Origin: an uncultured Eubacteriales bacterium
GTDB lineage: Bacteria > Bacillota > Clostridia > Oscillospirales > Oscillospiraceae
DNA length: 64,000 nt
Direction: 5' to 3'
Assembly (NCBI GenBank): GCA_900549885.1
Contig: URQA01000001.1
Location: 19,335-83,334 of the forward strand
A program made the position numbers and the translations under genes. The notes under the pieces were generated by a model. That model was not told where the DNA came from. It saw only the letters and a program-made list of their open reading frames with translations, and ran no database searches. Positions 47,711 through 59,363 of this stretch are shown here, in pieces (positions within the stretch are counted from its first letter, which is position 1; each line of letters opens with the position of its first letter).

Positions 47711-48676
47711 ATGCCACTGGTTACTACTACCGAAATGTTCAAGAAAGCCTACGATGGCGGCTACGCCATCGGCGCCTTCAACGTCAACAACATGGAAATC
47801 GTTCAGGGAATTACGGAGGCCGCTAAAGAGGTCAATGCCCCTTTGATTCTCCAAGTCTCCAAGGGCGCCCGGGCCTATGCCAACCACACCTATCTGATGA
47901 AGCTGGTGGAGGCCGCCATCATTGAGACTGGTCTGCCCATCTGCCTCCATTTGGATCACGGCGATACCTTTGAGCTGTGCAAAAGCTGTATTGACGGCGG
48001 CTTTACTTCCGTCATGATCGATGCATCTTCCAAGCCCTTTGAGGAAAACATTGCCATCACCAAGCAGGTGGTGGAGTACGCCCATGACCACGGCGTTGTG
48101 GTCGAGGCCGAGTTGGGTGCTCTAGCCGGCGTGGAGGACGAGGTCAATGTATCTGCCGAGGACTCCCACTACACCCGCCCCGAGGAGGTGGAGGAGTTCG
48201 TGTCCAAGACCGGCTGCGACTCCCTGGCCATTGCCATCGGCACTAGTCACGGCGCATACAAATTCACCGCCGCCCAGTGCACCCGTAACGAGAAGGGCGA
48301 GTTGGTCCCCCCTCCCCTACGCTTCGATATCCTGGACGAGGTAGTCAAGCGCCTGCCCGGCTTCCCCATTGTTCTTCACGGTTCCTCCTCTGTGCCCCAG
48401 GAGTATGTGAAGATGATCAACGAAAACGGCGGCAAGATGCCCGACGCTGTCGGGATTCCTGAGGAGCAGTTGCGCCAGGCCGCCCGAGGCGCGGTATGTA
48501 AAATCAATATCGACTCCGATCTGCGTCTGGCTATGACTGGCACCATCCGCCAGTTCTTTGCCGAGCACCCTGAAAAGTTTGATCCCCGGGAGTACCTCAA
48601 GCCCGCCCGGGCCAACATCAAGGAGCTGGTTAAGCACAAGCTTATCAACGTGCTGGGCTGTGACGGCAAGGCCTGA
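47711..48676 (+). CDS. fba: Class II fructose-1,6-bisphosphate aldolase
   Basis: GAFNVNNME, HLDHG, VEAELG, GTSHGAYK, VLHGSS, KINID, FDPR. Confidence 0.97.
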   Translation: MPLVTTTEMFKKAYDGGYAIGAFNVNNMEIVQGITEAAKEVNAPLILQVSKGARAYANHTYLMKLVEAAIIETGLPICLHLDHGDTFELCKSCIDGGFTSVMIDASSKPFEENIAITKQVVEYAHDHGVVVEAELGALAGVEDEVNVSAEDSHYTRPEEVEEFVSKTGCDSLAIAIGTSHGAYKFTAAQCTRNEKGELVPPPLRFDILDEVVKRLPGFPIVLHGSSSVPQEYVKMINENGGKMPDAVGIPEEQLRQAARGAVCKINIDSDLRLAMTGTIRQFFAEHPEKFDPREYLKPARANIKELVKHKLINVLGCDGKA

Positions 48677-48706
48677 TTTTCCCTCTGCATCAAGAAGGAT
48701 GTATCC

Positions 48707-48759
48707 CACGATTTCCGCTGGCGCAGGTCTGCTGCGCCAGCGGAAACGTGTGTCTTTTT
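48707..48759 (+). terminator. Hairpin/terminator between fba and pfp
   Basis: TTTCCGCTGGCGCAG/CTGCGCCAGCGGAAA with T-rich tail. Confidence 0.6.
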
Positions 48760-48796
48760 ATAAAAACTCAATTTTACAGTAAGGAGAAATTCAGAA

Positions 48797-50035
48797 ATGT
48801 CTCAATTGAAAGGCGCCTGCATCATCGGCCAGTCCGGCGGCCCCACCTCCGTGATCAACGCCAGTGCTTATGGCGTAATCCGCACCGCGCTGGATAATCC
48901 TGACATCACTGCAGTCTATGGCGCGGCCCATGGCATCAAGGGCGTTTTAAATGACCAGCTCTATGATATGGGTCAGGAGGATGCCAAGGAGCTGGAACTG
49001 CTGTTGAATACCCCTTCTTCTGAACTGGGTTCCTGCCGCTATAAGATCGCTGATCCCGATGTGGATGACACCGATTACAAACGGATCTTGGAGATCTTCA
49101 AGAAGTATGATGTGCGCTACTTCTTCTACAACGGCGGCAATGACTCCATGGATACCTGCAACAAGATCTCCAAGTATATGCAGAAGGTGGGCTATGAGTG
49201 CCGCATCATGGGCGTACCCAAAACCATTGACAACGACCTGTTCGGCACTGACCACTGCCCCGGCTTCGCCTCCGCAGCCAAGTATATCGCCACCTCCTGC
49301 GTCGAGGTCTACAAAGACGCCCGGGTCTATGACACTGGGATGGTGACCATTATTGAGATCATGGGCCGCCATGCCGGCTGGCTGGCCGCCTCCGCCGCTC
49401 TGGCCGGAGTGGTGGGCTGCGCTCCAGACTTGGTCTACCTGCCCGAAGTGGATTTTGACATGGAGCAATTCCTGAAGGATGTCACTGAGATCTACAATCG
49501 CGAGGGCAACTGCATCGTGGCCGTGTCTGAGGGCATCCACTACGCCGATGGCTCCTTTGTCTCAGAGGCCAAGACCTCTGCCACCGATGGCTTCGGCCAT
49601 GCCCAGCTGGGCGGTCTGGCTGCCCTGCTGGCCAATATCGTCAAGGAAAAGACCGGCGCCAAGGTGCGCGGAATTGAGTTATCCCTGCTCCAGCGCTGCG
49701 GAGCCCATCTGGCCTCTCAAAGGGACATCGAGGAATCTTTCCTGGCTGGCAAAACCGCTGTGGAGGCCGCTGTGTCTGGTGAGACGGACAAGATGGTGGG
49801 CTTTGAGTGTACCCGTGAGAACGGTCAGTATACCTGCAAAACCAAACTGTTTGACCTGTCTTCTGTGGCCAACTTCGAGAAGAAGGTGCCCCTGGAGTGG
49901 ATCAACGAGTCCGGCAACGGCGTGACCCAAGGGTTCATTGATTACGCCCTGCCCCTGATTCAAGGAGAAAATCACCGGGTCTTGGAGAATGGCCTTCCCC
50001 GCTTTGCTAAACTGAAAAAGGTGCTGGCAAAGTAA
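48797..50035 (+). CDS. pfp: Phosphofructokinase, probably PPi-dependent
   Basis: GQSGGPT.VIN, GGNDS, PKTIDND, EIMGRHAGW. Confidence 0.88.
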   Translation: MSQLKGACIIGQSGGPTSVINASAYGVIRTALDNPDITAVYGAAHGIKGVLNDQLYDMGQEDAKELELLLNTPSSELGSCRYKIADPDVDDTDYKRILEIFKKYDVRYFFYNGGNDSMDTCNKISKYMQKVGYECRIMGVPKTIDNDLFGTDHCPGFASAAKYIATSCVEVYKDARVYDTGMVTIIEIMGRHAGWLAASAALAGVVGCAPDLVYLPEVDFDMEQFLKDVTEIYNREGNCIVAVSEGIHYADGSFVSEAKTSATDGFGHAQLGGLAALLANIVKEKTGAKVRGIELSLLQRCGAHLASQRDIEESFLAGKTAVEAAVSGETDKMVGFECTRENGQYTCKTKLFDLSSVANFEKKVPLEWINESGNGVTQGFIDYALPLIQGENHRVLENGLPRFAKLKKVLAK

Positions 50036-50047
50036 GGTGGTGTGGAC

Positions 50048-50215
50048 ATGAAGCAGGCGAAAGCAAAAGCGAATGTACTTTGGATCATCGTCCTTGACAT
50101 ACTGGCAGGCTCTTTTCTACCAAGGCCCTGGAACATTGTCGTCACCTGCGTTTTGCTGATCCCCTGCATCCTATATTTGATCGCCCATATCGTCAAATAT
50201 GGGAACAAATGGTGA
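50048..50215 (+). CDS. Small 2-TM membrane protein, 55 aa, absent from the ORF track
   Basis: AAGGTGG RBS; MKQAKAKANVLWIIVLDILAGSFLPRPWNIVVTCVLLIPCILYLIAHIVKYGNKW; ends just before the terminator. Confidence 0.6.
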   Translation: MKQAKAKANVLWIIVLDILAGSFLPRPWNIVVTCVLLIPCILYLIAHIVKYGNKW

Positions 50216-50218
50216 TAT

Positions 50219-50254
50219 AAAAAACTCCTGGCTTGTGCAAGCCAGGAGTTTTTT

Positions 50255-50255
<1 letters not shown>
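50219..50255. terminator. Bidirectional intrinsic terminator
   Basis: AAAAAACTCCTGGCTTG-T-GCAAGCCAGGAGTTTTTT. Confidence 0.9.
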
Positions 50256-52955
<2,700 letters not shown>

Positions 52956-52978
52956 ACAAAGCACCCCCTATTAGAGTA

Positions 52979-53008
52979 CTTGTATGTAAGTAAGGGCCCG
53001 GCCTATGT
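52979..53008 (-). promoter_or_regulatory. SigE-type promoter of yunB
   Basis: Minus strand ACATAGG-15-CATACAAG. Confidence 0.5.
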
Positions 53009-53030
53009 CACATTTCCTTCATGGACAAAA

Positions 53031-54281
53031 TCACGCCTTGAGCAGTTCCTCTACCGCCAGCATCACGCCGGCCTTCCCTGATTCGTAAGTCAGCCCCCCT
53101 TGGAGATAGACGGTGTAAGGCTCTCGCATGGGCGCATCGGCGGACAGTTCAATGGAGGCTCCCTGGATAAAGGCTCCGGCGGCCATGATGACCGGACAGT
53201 CATATCCGGGCATATCCCAAGGCTCTGGGGTCACATAGGAGTCCACCGGCGCACCGGACTGGATGCCTTTGCAAAATCGGCGAACCGCATCTGGGCTGCC
53301 TAAATGAATCATCTGGATGATGTCATGCCGAGGGGCATTAGACTGCGGTTGCGTCTCGTAGCCCAGCAATTCCATCATCTTGGCCCCAAACACCGCGGTC
53401 TTGACCGCCTGAGCCACCGTATGAGGGGCCATAAACAGCCCTTGATAAAGCAGGCGGTTGTTGCCCAGGGTAGAGCCGCATTCCTTCCCGATGCCGGGAC
53501 AGGTCAGGCGCATGGCCGCCCCTTCCACCAAATCGTGGCGTCCAGCCAGATAGGCACCGGTAGGGGCCAATCCGCCGCCGGGGTTCTTAATCAGGGATCC
53601 AACTACCAAGTCGGCCCCTGCATGGGTGGGCTCCCACTCCTCCACGAACTCTCCATAGCAATTGTCCACCAAGATAGCGGCGCTTGGATTTACCCGGCGG
53701 ATAACGGCGCATAGCTGCCCGATTTCATCCACCGACAGGGATGCACGGGTGGAATAGCCCTTGGACCGCTGGATCAGCACCGCTTTGACCTTTGGGTCAT
53801 CTACCGCCTTTCCCAGCCCTTCCAAGTCAGGTGTGTTTTCCGCTGTTAGATCTACCTGTCGATAACCCACACCAAAATCTTTCAGGGATCCGCTTCCTTT
53901 ATCCGTTACCCCAATCACTCCCAGCAGAGTATCATAGGGCGCTCCCACGGCGGATACCAACACATCTCCCGGCCGCAGCACGCCGAACAGGGCGGCGGCA
54001 ATGGCATGGGTGCCATTGACAAAGCCGATGCGTACCAGAGCGTCCTCAGTACCGAACAGCTCGGCGTAGATCTGATCCAGCTTGTCCCGTCCCAAATCGT
54101 CGTAGCCATAGCCCGTAGTACCGGCAAAATAGCTCTCCGCCACCCGGTTGGACTGAAAGGCAGCCAGCACCCGCTGGGTGTTATGCTCAGCCACGGCATC
54201 AATATGGGCGAACTGCTCCTTGATTTCCACCTCCGCCTGGGCGGCCAGAGTGCGCACACGGTCAGATATTTGTAAAGTCAT
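53031..54281 (-). CDS. Methionine gamma-lyase/aluminium-resistance (YnbB-like) PLP protein
   Basis: TGYGYDDLGRD, GTHA, DNCYGEF, GSLIKNPGGG, MAAG.F.QG.SIELSAD. Confidence 0.92.
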   Translation of the reverse strand: MTLQISDRVRTLAAQAEVEIKEQFAHIDAVAEHNTQRVLAAFQSNRVAESYFAGTTGYGYDDLGRDKLDQIYAELFGTEDALVRIGFVNGTHAIAAALFGVLRPGDVLVSAVGAPYDTLLGVIGVTDKGSGSLKDFGVGYRQVDLTAENTPDLEGLGKAVDDPKVKAVLIQRSKGYSTRASLSVDEIGQLCAVIRRVNPSAAILVDNCYGEFVEEWEPTHAGADLVVGSLIKNPGGGLAPTGAYLAGRHDLVEGAAMRLTCPGIGKECGSTLGNNRLLYQGLFMAPHTVAQAVKTAVFGAKMMELLGYETQPQSNAPRHDIIQMIHLGSPDAVRRFCKGIQSGAPVDSYVTPEPWDMPGYDCPVIMAAGAFIQGASIELSADAPMREPYTVYLQGGLTYESGKAGVMLAVEELLKA

Positions 54282-54286
54282 AAAGC

Positions 54287-55291
54287 TTAACACTCTTTCT
54301 TGAGCCTGGATTCTGCAAAAGCGGCCACTAGTTCTGCACAGGCCTTAATGTCATTTTGATCCACCATCTCCAGGGGGCTGTGGACATAGCGGCAAGGCAC
54401 AGAAATCCCGCCGGTGTACACTCCGGAACGGGTAGAGTGGATCGCGCCTGCGTCCGTGCCACCGGCGCGGATCACGTCCCGCTGGGCCTGGATGCCCCGA
54501 TCATCTGCCAGCGACATAAGCATTTCCACCATCTGGGGATGGCAGATAACCGATCCGTCCATCACCTTTACCGCCGCACCCCCGCCTAGCACACTGCTGA
54601 CCAAATGCTTAGAGCCAAGCTGGTCGTCCGCAGGGGTAACGTCAACAGCCACTGCATAGTCCGGATTCACGGTCCAAGCAGCAGTCTTAGCCCCCCGCAA
54701 CCCCACCTCTTCCTGAGTGGTAAAGACAAAGTAGAGGTCATTTTCTGTCTGGCTGATCCGTTCCATAGCCATGAGCAGCACCAGACAGGACACCCGATTA
54801 TCCATGTAGGGAGAGACAGCGCGGTCCCCGGCCTCTGCCAGCCGGGTGTCATAAACTGCGGTGTCCCCCACCCGGATCAAGCGTTCCGCCTCATCTCTGC
54901 TGGCGGCACCTACGTCAATGAACAGGTCGGACAGCTTCAGCTTAGCCAGTTCAGAACCCTCGTCCGCGCACACCACACCATGAGCCCCGTTTTGAAAACG
55001 CACCGGCGCATGGAGCACTTTCAGCGGGGAAACGCCCCCGATGGCCCCAACATGGACAAATCCCTTGTCGTCAATATGGGTGGCCACTAGGCCGATGGAA
55101 TCCATATGGGCGGCAAACATGACCCGGGGTCCGCTGCCCTTCCTGTGGCAGAACAGGTTTCCCATCACATCATAGGTTACCTCATCACAGTAACTAGCGG
55201 CAATCTTCTCAATGACGCCGGCAACCCCCTTCTCCATACCAGAAGGGCCGTAAGCGGCGGTGAGCTCCGCCAGTGTATGCATCATATCCAT
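54287..55291 (-). CDS. M42 family aminopeptidase
   Basis: AHMD, DNR, QEEVGLRGA, VDV, GGTDA, RYVHS. Confidence 0.93.
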   Translation of the reverse strand: MDMMHTLAELTAAYGPSGMEKGVAGVIEKIAASYCDEVTYDVMGNLFCHRKGSGPRVMFAAHMDSIGLVATHIDDKGFVHVGAIGGVSPLKVLHAPVRFQNGAHGVVCADEGSELAKLKLSDLFIDVGAASRDEAERLIRVGDTAVYDTRLAEAGDRAVSPYMDNRVSCLVLLMAMERISQTENDLYFVFTTQEEVGLRGAKTAAWTVNPDYAVAVDVTPADDQLGSKHLVSSVLGGGAAVKVMDGSVICHPQMVEMLMSLADDRGIQAQRDVIRAGGTDAGAIHSTRSGVYTGGISVPCRYVHSPLEMVDQNDIKACAELVAAFAESRLKKEC

Positions 55292-55307
55292 ATATCGTTT
55301 CCTCCTG

Positions 55308-56333
55308 TCAGCAGGACTCTGCCACCGCCCCGACAAACAGCCGGGCCAGGGTGAGCATATGTTCCATATCAGAGATGTTGGCTACGCTGCTGGGCGCATG
55401 GAGATAGCGTACCGCAGCGGAGATGCCTGCCACCCGCACGCCGGACTTAGTGCGCTGGATAGCGCTGGCATCGGTGCCTCCGGCCAGATAATGCTTCATC
55501 TGCCAAGGCAAGCCGTTCCGGTCTGCCAAATCCCGGAGCAACTCGAACAGTCCCCGGTCATAGATGGAGCCGCCGTCCATCCAGGACAGGACAGGGCCTT
55601 TTCCCGGCCAACATACCTGGAGGCTCTCATCCAGGGCGGGGTTGTCCGCGGCGGTGGTCCCCTCCAAAACTAGGGCGATTTCCGGGGTCACGGAGAAAGC
55701 CGATCCAAAAGCGCCCCGGGTGCCCACCTCCTCCTGGACGGTAAACACAAAGGTGCAGTCCATGGGCAGATCCTCTTCTAACAGCTTAACCAACACGGCA
55801 CAGCCAACCCGGTCGTCAATGGCCTTGGCCTTCAGCATCCCATCGCCGAATTCCACCACATCGCTGACAAACACGCCGCAGTCGCCAATCCCGACCAGCT
55901 TTTCCGCCTCTTCCCGGCTCTTCACACCGATGTCGATATAGTACTCCTCCAATTTGGGCACCTTCTTGCGCTCTTCAGCAGTGGTCATATGGATGGCCTT
56001 TAGACCGATGACGCCTGTGACCTTTTGCTCTCCCAGAGCCACCTGCTTGCCCAACAGCACCCGCCGGTCGATGCCGCCCACACAGCCGAACTTCAGATAT
56101 CCGTCCTCGGTGATGGACTTAATGATAAGACCCACTTCGTCCATATGAGCGCACAACATCAGTTTGTTTCCCGTAGCCCTCGCACCTTTTTTGAGCACGA
56201 TGAGGTTGCCCATGGCATCTACCCGTAGGTCTGTGGCGTAGGGTGTGACCCGCTGCCTGATATAGTCCCGCACTTCATCCTCAAAGGACGAGACACCGGA
56301 CAGAGCGCACAGAGTCTTGAGCGTATTTATCAT
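55308..56333 (-). CDS. M42 family aminopeptidase
   Basis: AHMDEVG, DDR, QEEVG.RGA, GGTDA, RYLH. Confidence 0.93.
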   Translation of the reverse strand: MINTLKTLCALSGVSSFEDEVRDYIRQRVTPYATDLRVDAMGNLIVLKKGARATGNKLMLCAHMDEVGLIIKSITEDGYLKFGCVGGIDRRVLLGKQVALGEQKVTGVIGLKAIHMTTAEERKKVPKLEEYYIDIGVKSREEAEKLVGIGDCGVFVSDVVEFGDGMLKAKAIDDRVGCAVLVKLLEEDLPMDCTFVFTVQEEVGTRGAFGSAFSVTPEIALVLEGTTAADNPALDESLQVCWPGKGPVLSWMDGGSIYDRGLFELLRDLADRNGLPWQMKHYLAGGTDASAIQRTKSGVRVAGISAAVRYLHAPSSVANISDMEHMLTLARLFVGAVAESC

Positions 56334-57367
56334 CGGGGTTCTCCCTCCTCTCCCAAACCTTTGGCAAAGGCAGCCAGCAGGCGCGCCACCTGTTCGATAT
56401 CCTCTAGCTCTAGCACCTCCACAGGAGTGTGCATATATTTCAGGGGCAGGGATACCACCGAAGTGGCAATTCCCTCGTTACAGATCTGCATATACCAGCC
56501 GTTGGTTCCGGTGGGGCCCTCCATAACCTCTTTTTGAACGGGAATGCCCAGTTCATCCGCCTTGTCCAACATCCGTCGGGTCATCCAGCGGGTCATGTTG
56601 GGGCCGATACCAACCGCAGGGCCGCCGCCGATGATACTGGCCCGGTCCGCCGGTGCGTCCGGCGTTTTTCCGTGGGTGACATCAACGGCTACGCAGAAGT
56701 CCGGCGCCACAGCGCGGGTACCCGTTACAGCGCCGGCACCAGAAATCTCCTCCCGGGTGCTGCCCATCAGGTAGAGATCTACATCCAACGCTTCATTTTG
56801 AAGCAGCTCTGCCATACGCAGCAGCGTCACAAAGCAGGAGCGGTCATCCATAGCCTTAGAGCACAGCTGGCCGTCTCCCAGAGGCAGGAACGTTGGGCGG
56901 AACACCATAGGTGTGCCGATGGAAATCAAACGCTCTGCCTGCTCCTGGCTCATGCCGGTATCTACATAAAAGTCCTCAATCGGTGGGGCTTTCTCTCGGT
57001 CCGCTGCCGAAAGTACATGGGGAGGCAGGCATGCCACTACCCCAAACAGAGGCGGGTCCGTGAGAATGGTCAGTTCCCGGTCGGGGAGCATCCGGGGGTC
57101 CACCCCGCCAATGGTGGAAAACTTTAAAAATCCATCTTTGATGCCAGTGACGATCAGTCCGATCTCATCTAAATGGGCATCCAGCAGTAACTTCTTCGCA
57201 TTGGACCGTCCGCACCGCCGCAAGCCAATCACATTGCCCAGGCGATCAATCCAGACCTCATCCATTAGCGGCTCCAAAAGTTCTTTGGCCACTAAGGCCG
57301 CCGAGCGCTCGAACCCGGAGGGCGCACCCACGGAGCACAACCGCTCCAGCGTCTGTCTGATATCCAT
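56330..57367 (-). CDS. M42 family aminopeptidase
   Basis: AHLDEIG, DDR, REE, VDVT, TGTNG, KYMHTP. Confidence 0.93.
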   Translation of the reverse strand: MDIRQTLERLCSVGAPSGFERSAALVAKELLEPLMDEVWIDRLGNVIGLRRCGRSNAKKLLLDAHLDEIGLIVTGIKDGFLKFSTIGGVDPRMLPDRELTILTDPPLFGVVACLPPHVLSAADREKAPPIEDFYVDTGMSQEQAERLISIGTPMVFRPTFLPLGDGQLCSKAMDDRSCFVTLLRMAELLQNEALDVDLYLMGSTREEISGAGAVTGTRAVAPDFCVAVDVTHGKTPDAPADRASIIGGGPAVGIGPNMTRWMTRRMLDKADELGIPVQKEVMEGPTGTNGWYMQICNEGIATSVVSLPLKYMHTPVEVLELEDIEQVARLLAAFAKGLGEEGEPR

Positions 57368-57382
57368 TATTTCACCACTTTC

Positions 57383-58759
57383 TCATAGCTGATTGACAAA
57401 TTGTTTAAACACGTTTCCCCGCTCTTCAAAATTCTTAAACTGATCAAACGAGGCGCTGGCCGGAGAAAGTAAAACCACGTCTCCAGGCCGTGCCATATCA
57501 TAGGCGGTATTGACCGCTTCCCCCAAGGTCTCACGTTCCAAAATCACCGGCTCGCCCGTGCGGTAGTCCGGCGCATCAAGCACTGCCTGCTTGATTTTTG
57601 GCGCTGTGGCCCCCACTAAAATCAGCACCTTCACTGCCCGGGTGATCTCCGGACCCAAACTGTCATAGGGGACGTGCTTATCGTAGCCGCCGGCAATGAG
57701 TATCACCTTTTTCTCAAAAGAGCGCAAGCCCGCAATAGTCCGGCTTGGGCTGGAGGCGATGGAATCGTTATACCAGCGCACGCCATTCAGTTCCCGCACC
57801 AATTCAATCCGATGGGGAACACCGGCAAAGCTTCTGGCGAAGCTGCGGATGGTCTCGTCAGACACCAGGCCATCCACCGCAGCAATAGCTGCCATATAAT
57901 TTTCAACGTTGTGTGCCCCGGGAATCAGGATATCCTGTACCGGCAAAACCGGCCTGCCGTCGGACAGGATAGTGCCGTCCCGCAGCCACACGCCCTTTTT
58001 CAGCTGCTTTGTCCGGCTGAACAGGGTGACCTCTCCCCTGGCCTGATCTGCGAAGGAAGCGGTGATCTCATTGTCCGCATTGAGCACCAGCTTGCTGTCC
58101 GAGGACTGATAGCGGAAGATATTCCGCTTGGCATCCACATACTCCTGCATATTTTTGTGTATATCCAAGTGGTTTGGAGCTAGATTGGTGACCACCGCCA
58201 CATCCGGGCTCTGTTCCATGGTCATAAGCTGGAAGGAGGACAATTCCAGCACCACGATATCGTCCGGACGCATCTCTCCCGCTTGGCTGAGCAGAGGATG
58301 GCCGATGTTTCCGCCTACATAGGTCCGGTAGCCGGACGCACTGAGCAGGCCAGCAATGATCGTAGTGGTGGTAGTCTTTCCGTCCGAGCCAGTGACCGCC
58401 AGGATGCGGCAGGGACACACGGAGAAAAACGCTTCCATTTCCGATGTAAGTTCCGCCCCAGCGGCCTTGGCACGCTCGAGTTGAGGCAGATCAGGGCGCA
58501 GCCCTGGGGTGCGAAAAATCACATCCATGCCATCCAGATGATCCAAATAGTCCGGACCAAGATGGCAAGATACTCCATTTGCCTCCAATTTTTCGATCAG
58601 GCCATTGAAACTGTCCCTATCCCGTTTATCACAGGCGGTGACCGCGATCCCCGCCTGGCAAAGCAGGTCGATGAGCGGCCGGTTGGATACTCCGATGCCC
58701 AGTACCGCTACTCGTTTTCCCTTCAAACGCTCCAAATATTCATCCAATGCGGAACGCAT
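57383..58759 (-). CDS. murD: UDP-MurNAc-L-Ala--D-Glu ligase
   Basis: VTGSDGKTTT, GGNIG, ELSSFQL, NHLD.H, NDS, LSPASASFDQFKNFEERG. Confidence 0.97.
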   Translation of the reverse strand: MRSALDEYLERLKGKRVAVLGIGVSNRPLIDLLCQAGIAVTACDKRDRDSFNGLIEKLEANGVSCHLGPDYLDHLDGMDVIFRTPGLRPDLPQLERAKAAGAELTSEMEAFFSVCPCRILAVTGSDGKTTTTTIIAGLLSASGYRTYVGGNIGHPLLSQAGEMRPDDIVVLELSSFQLMTMEQSPDVAVVTNLAPNHLDIHKNMQEYVDAKRNIFRYQSSDSKLVLNADNEITASFADQARGEVTLFSRTKQLKKGVWLRDGTILSDGRPVLPVQDILIPGAHNVENYMAAIAAVDGLVSDETIRSFARSFAGVPHRIELVRELNGVRWYNDSIASSPSRTIAGLRSFEKKVILIAGGYDKHVPYDSLGPEITRAVKVLILVGATAPKIKQAVLDAPDYRTGEPVILERETLGEAVNTAYDMARPGDVVLLSPASASFDQFKNFEERGNVFKQFVNQL

Positions 58760-58830
58760 AATATGCCTCCCCTAGTTCAACTGAAAGGGGGAGCCTTTGG
58801 CCAGGAGGCCAGTGCTTCCCCACTCGGACT

Positions 58831-58881
58831 ATTATACCCCAAAGAAATAGATTTGACAATCCGGGAAACATCAAGTAAAAT
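58831..58881. promoter_or_regulatory. Divergent SigA promoters (murD minus, rnpB plus) with overlapping -35 boxes
   Basis: Plus: TTGACA(58853)-17-TAAAAT; minus: TTGTCA(58859)-17-TATAAT. Confidence 0.75.
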
Positions 58882-58888
58882 AACTTTC

Positions 58889-59256
58889 GCAAGCAAGCTG
58901 GACAGCCGCGTGGCAGGGGCGAAAGGCCCGCCATGAGGAAAGTCCGGGCTCCACAGGGCAAGGATAACGGGTAACGCCCGCCGAAGGCGACTTCAGGAAA
59001 AGTGCAACAGAGATATACCGCCCACGAAAGGTCCAGGCTATCCGGATACTCGTGAGTAAGGGTGGAAAGGCGGAGATAAGCGCCCGCCCGATGACTGGAA
59101 ACTGCTCATCGCTGTAAACTCTATCCGGAGCAACACCGTGGTAACGCAACAGGCTGGCCCGGCTGCGTTTAGGAGGTGGCTGGAGCGCATCGGCAACGAT
59201 GCGCCTAGATAGATGGCTGTCTTAAAGGACAGAACCCGGCTTACAGGCTTACTTGC
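58889..59256 (+). ncRNA. rnpB: RNase P RNA (type A)
   Basis: GAGGAAAGTCCGGGCTCC, AGTGCAACAGA, AGAACCCGGCTTA; terminal P1 helix GCAAGCAAGC/GCTTACTTGC. Confidence 0.97.
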
Positions 59257-59265
59257 ACTAAAATC

Positions 59266-59351
59266 GCGGGGAGCGGGGCAAACGTCCCGTCCCACGCTTT
59301 TTCAGAGAAAGACCCCCGGACAGAAGTTTTTCTGTCCGGGGGTCTGTTTTT
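59266..59351. terminator. Two terminator hairpins between rnpB and the thiolase gene
   Basis: GC-rich hairpin plus T run at 59266-59302; AGACCCCCGGACAGAA/TTCTGTCCGGGGGTCT. Confidence 0.75.
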
Positions 59352-59363
59352 ACAGCGGAAAGC

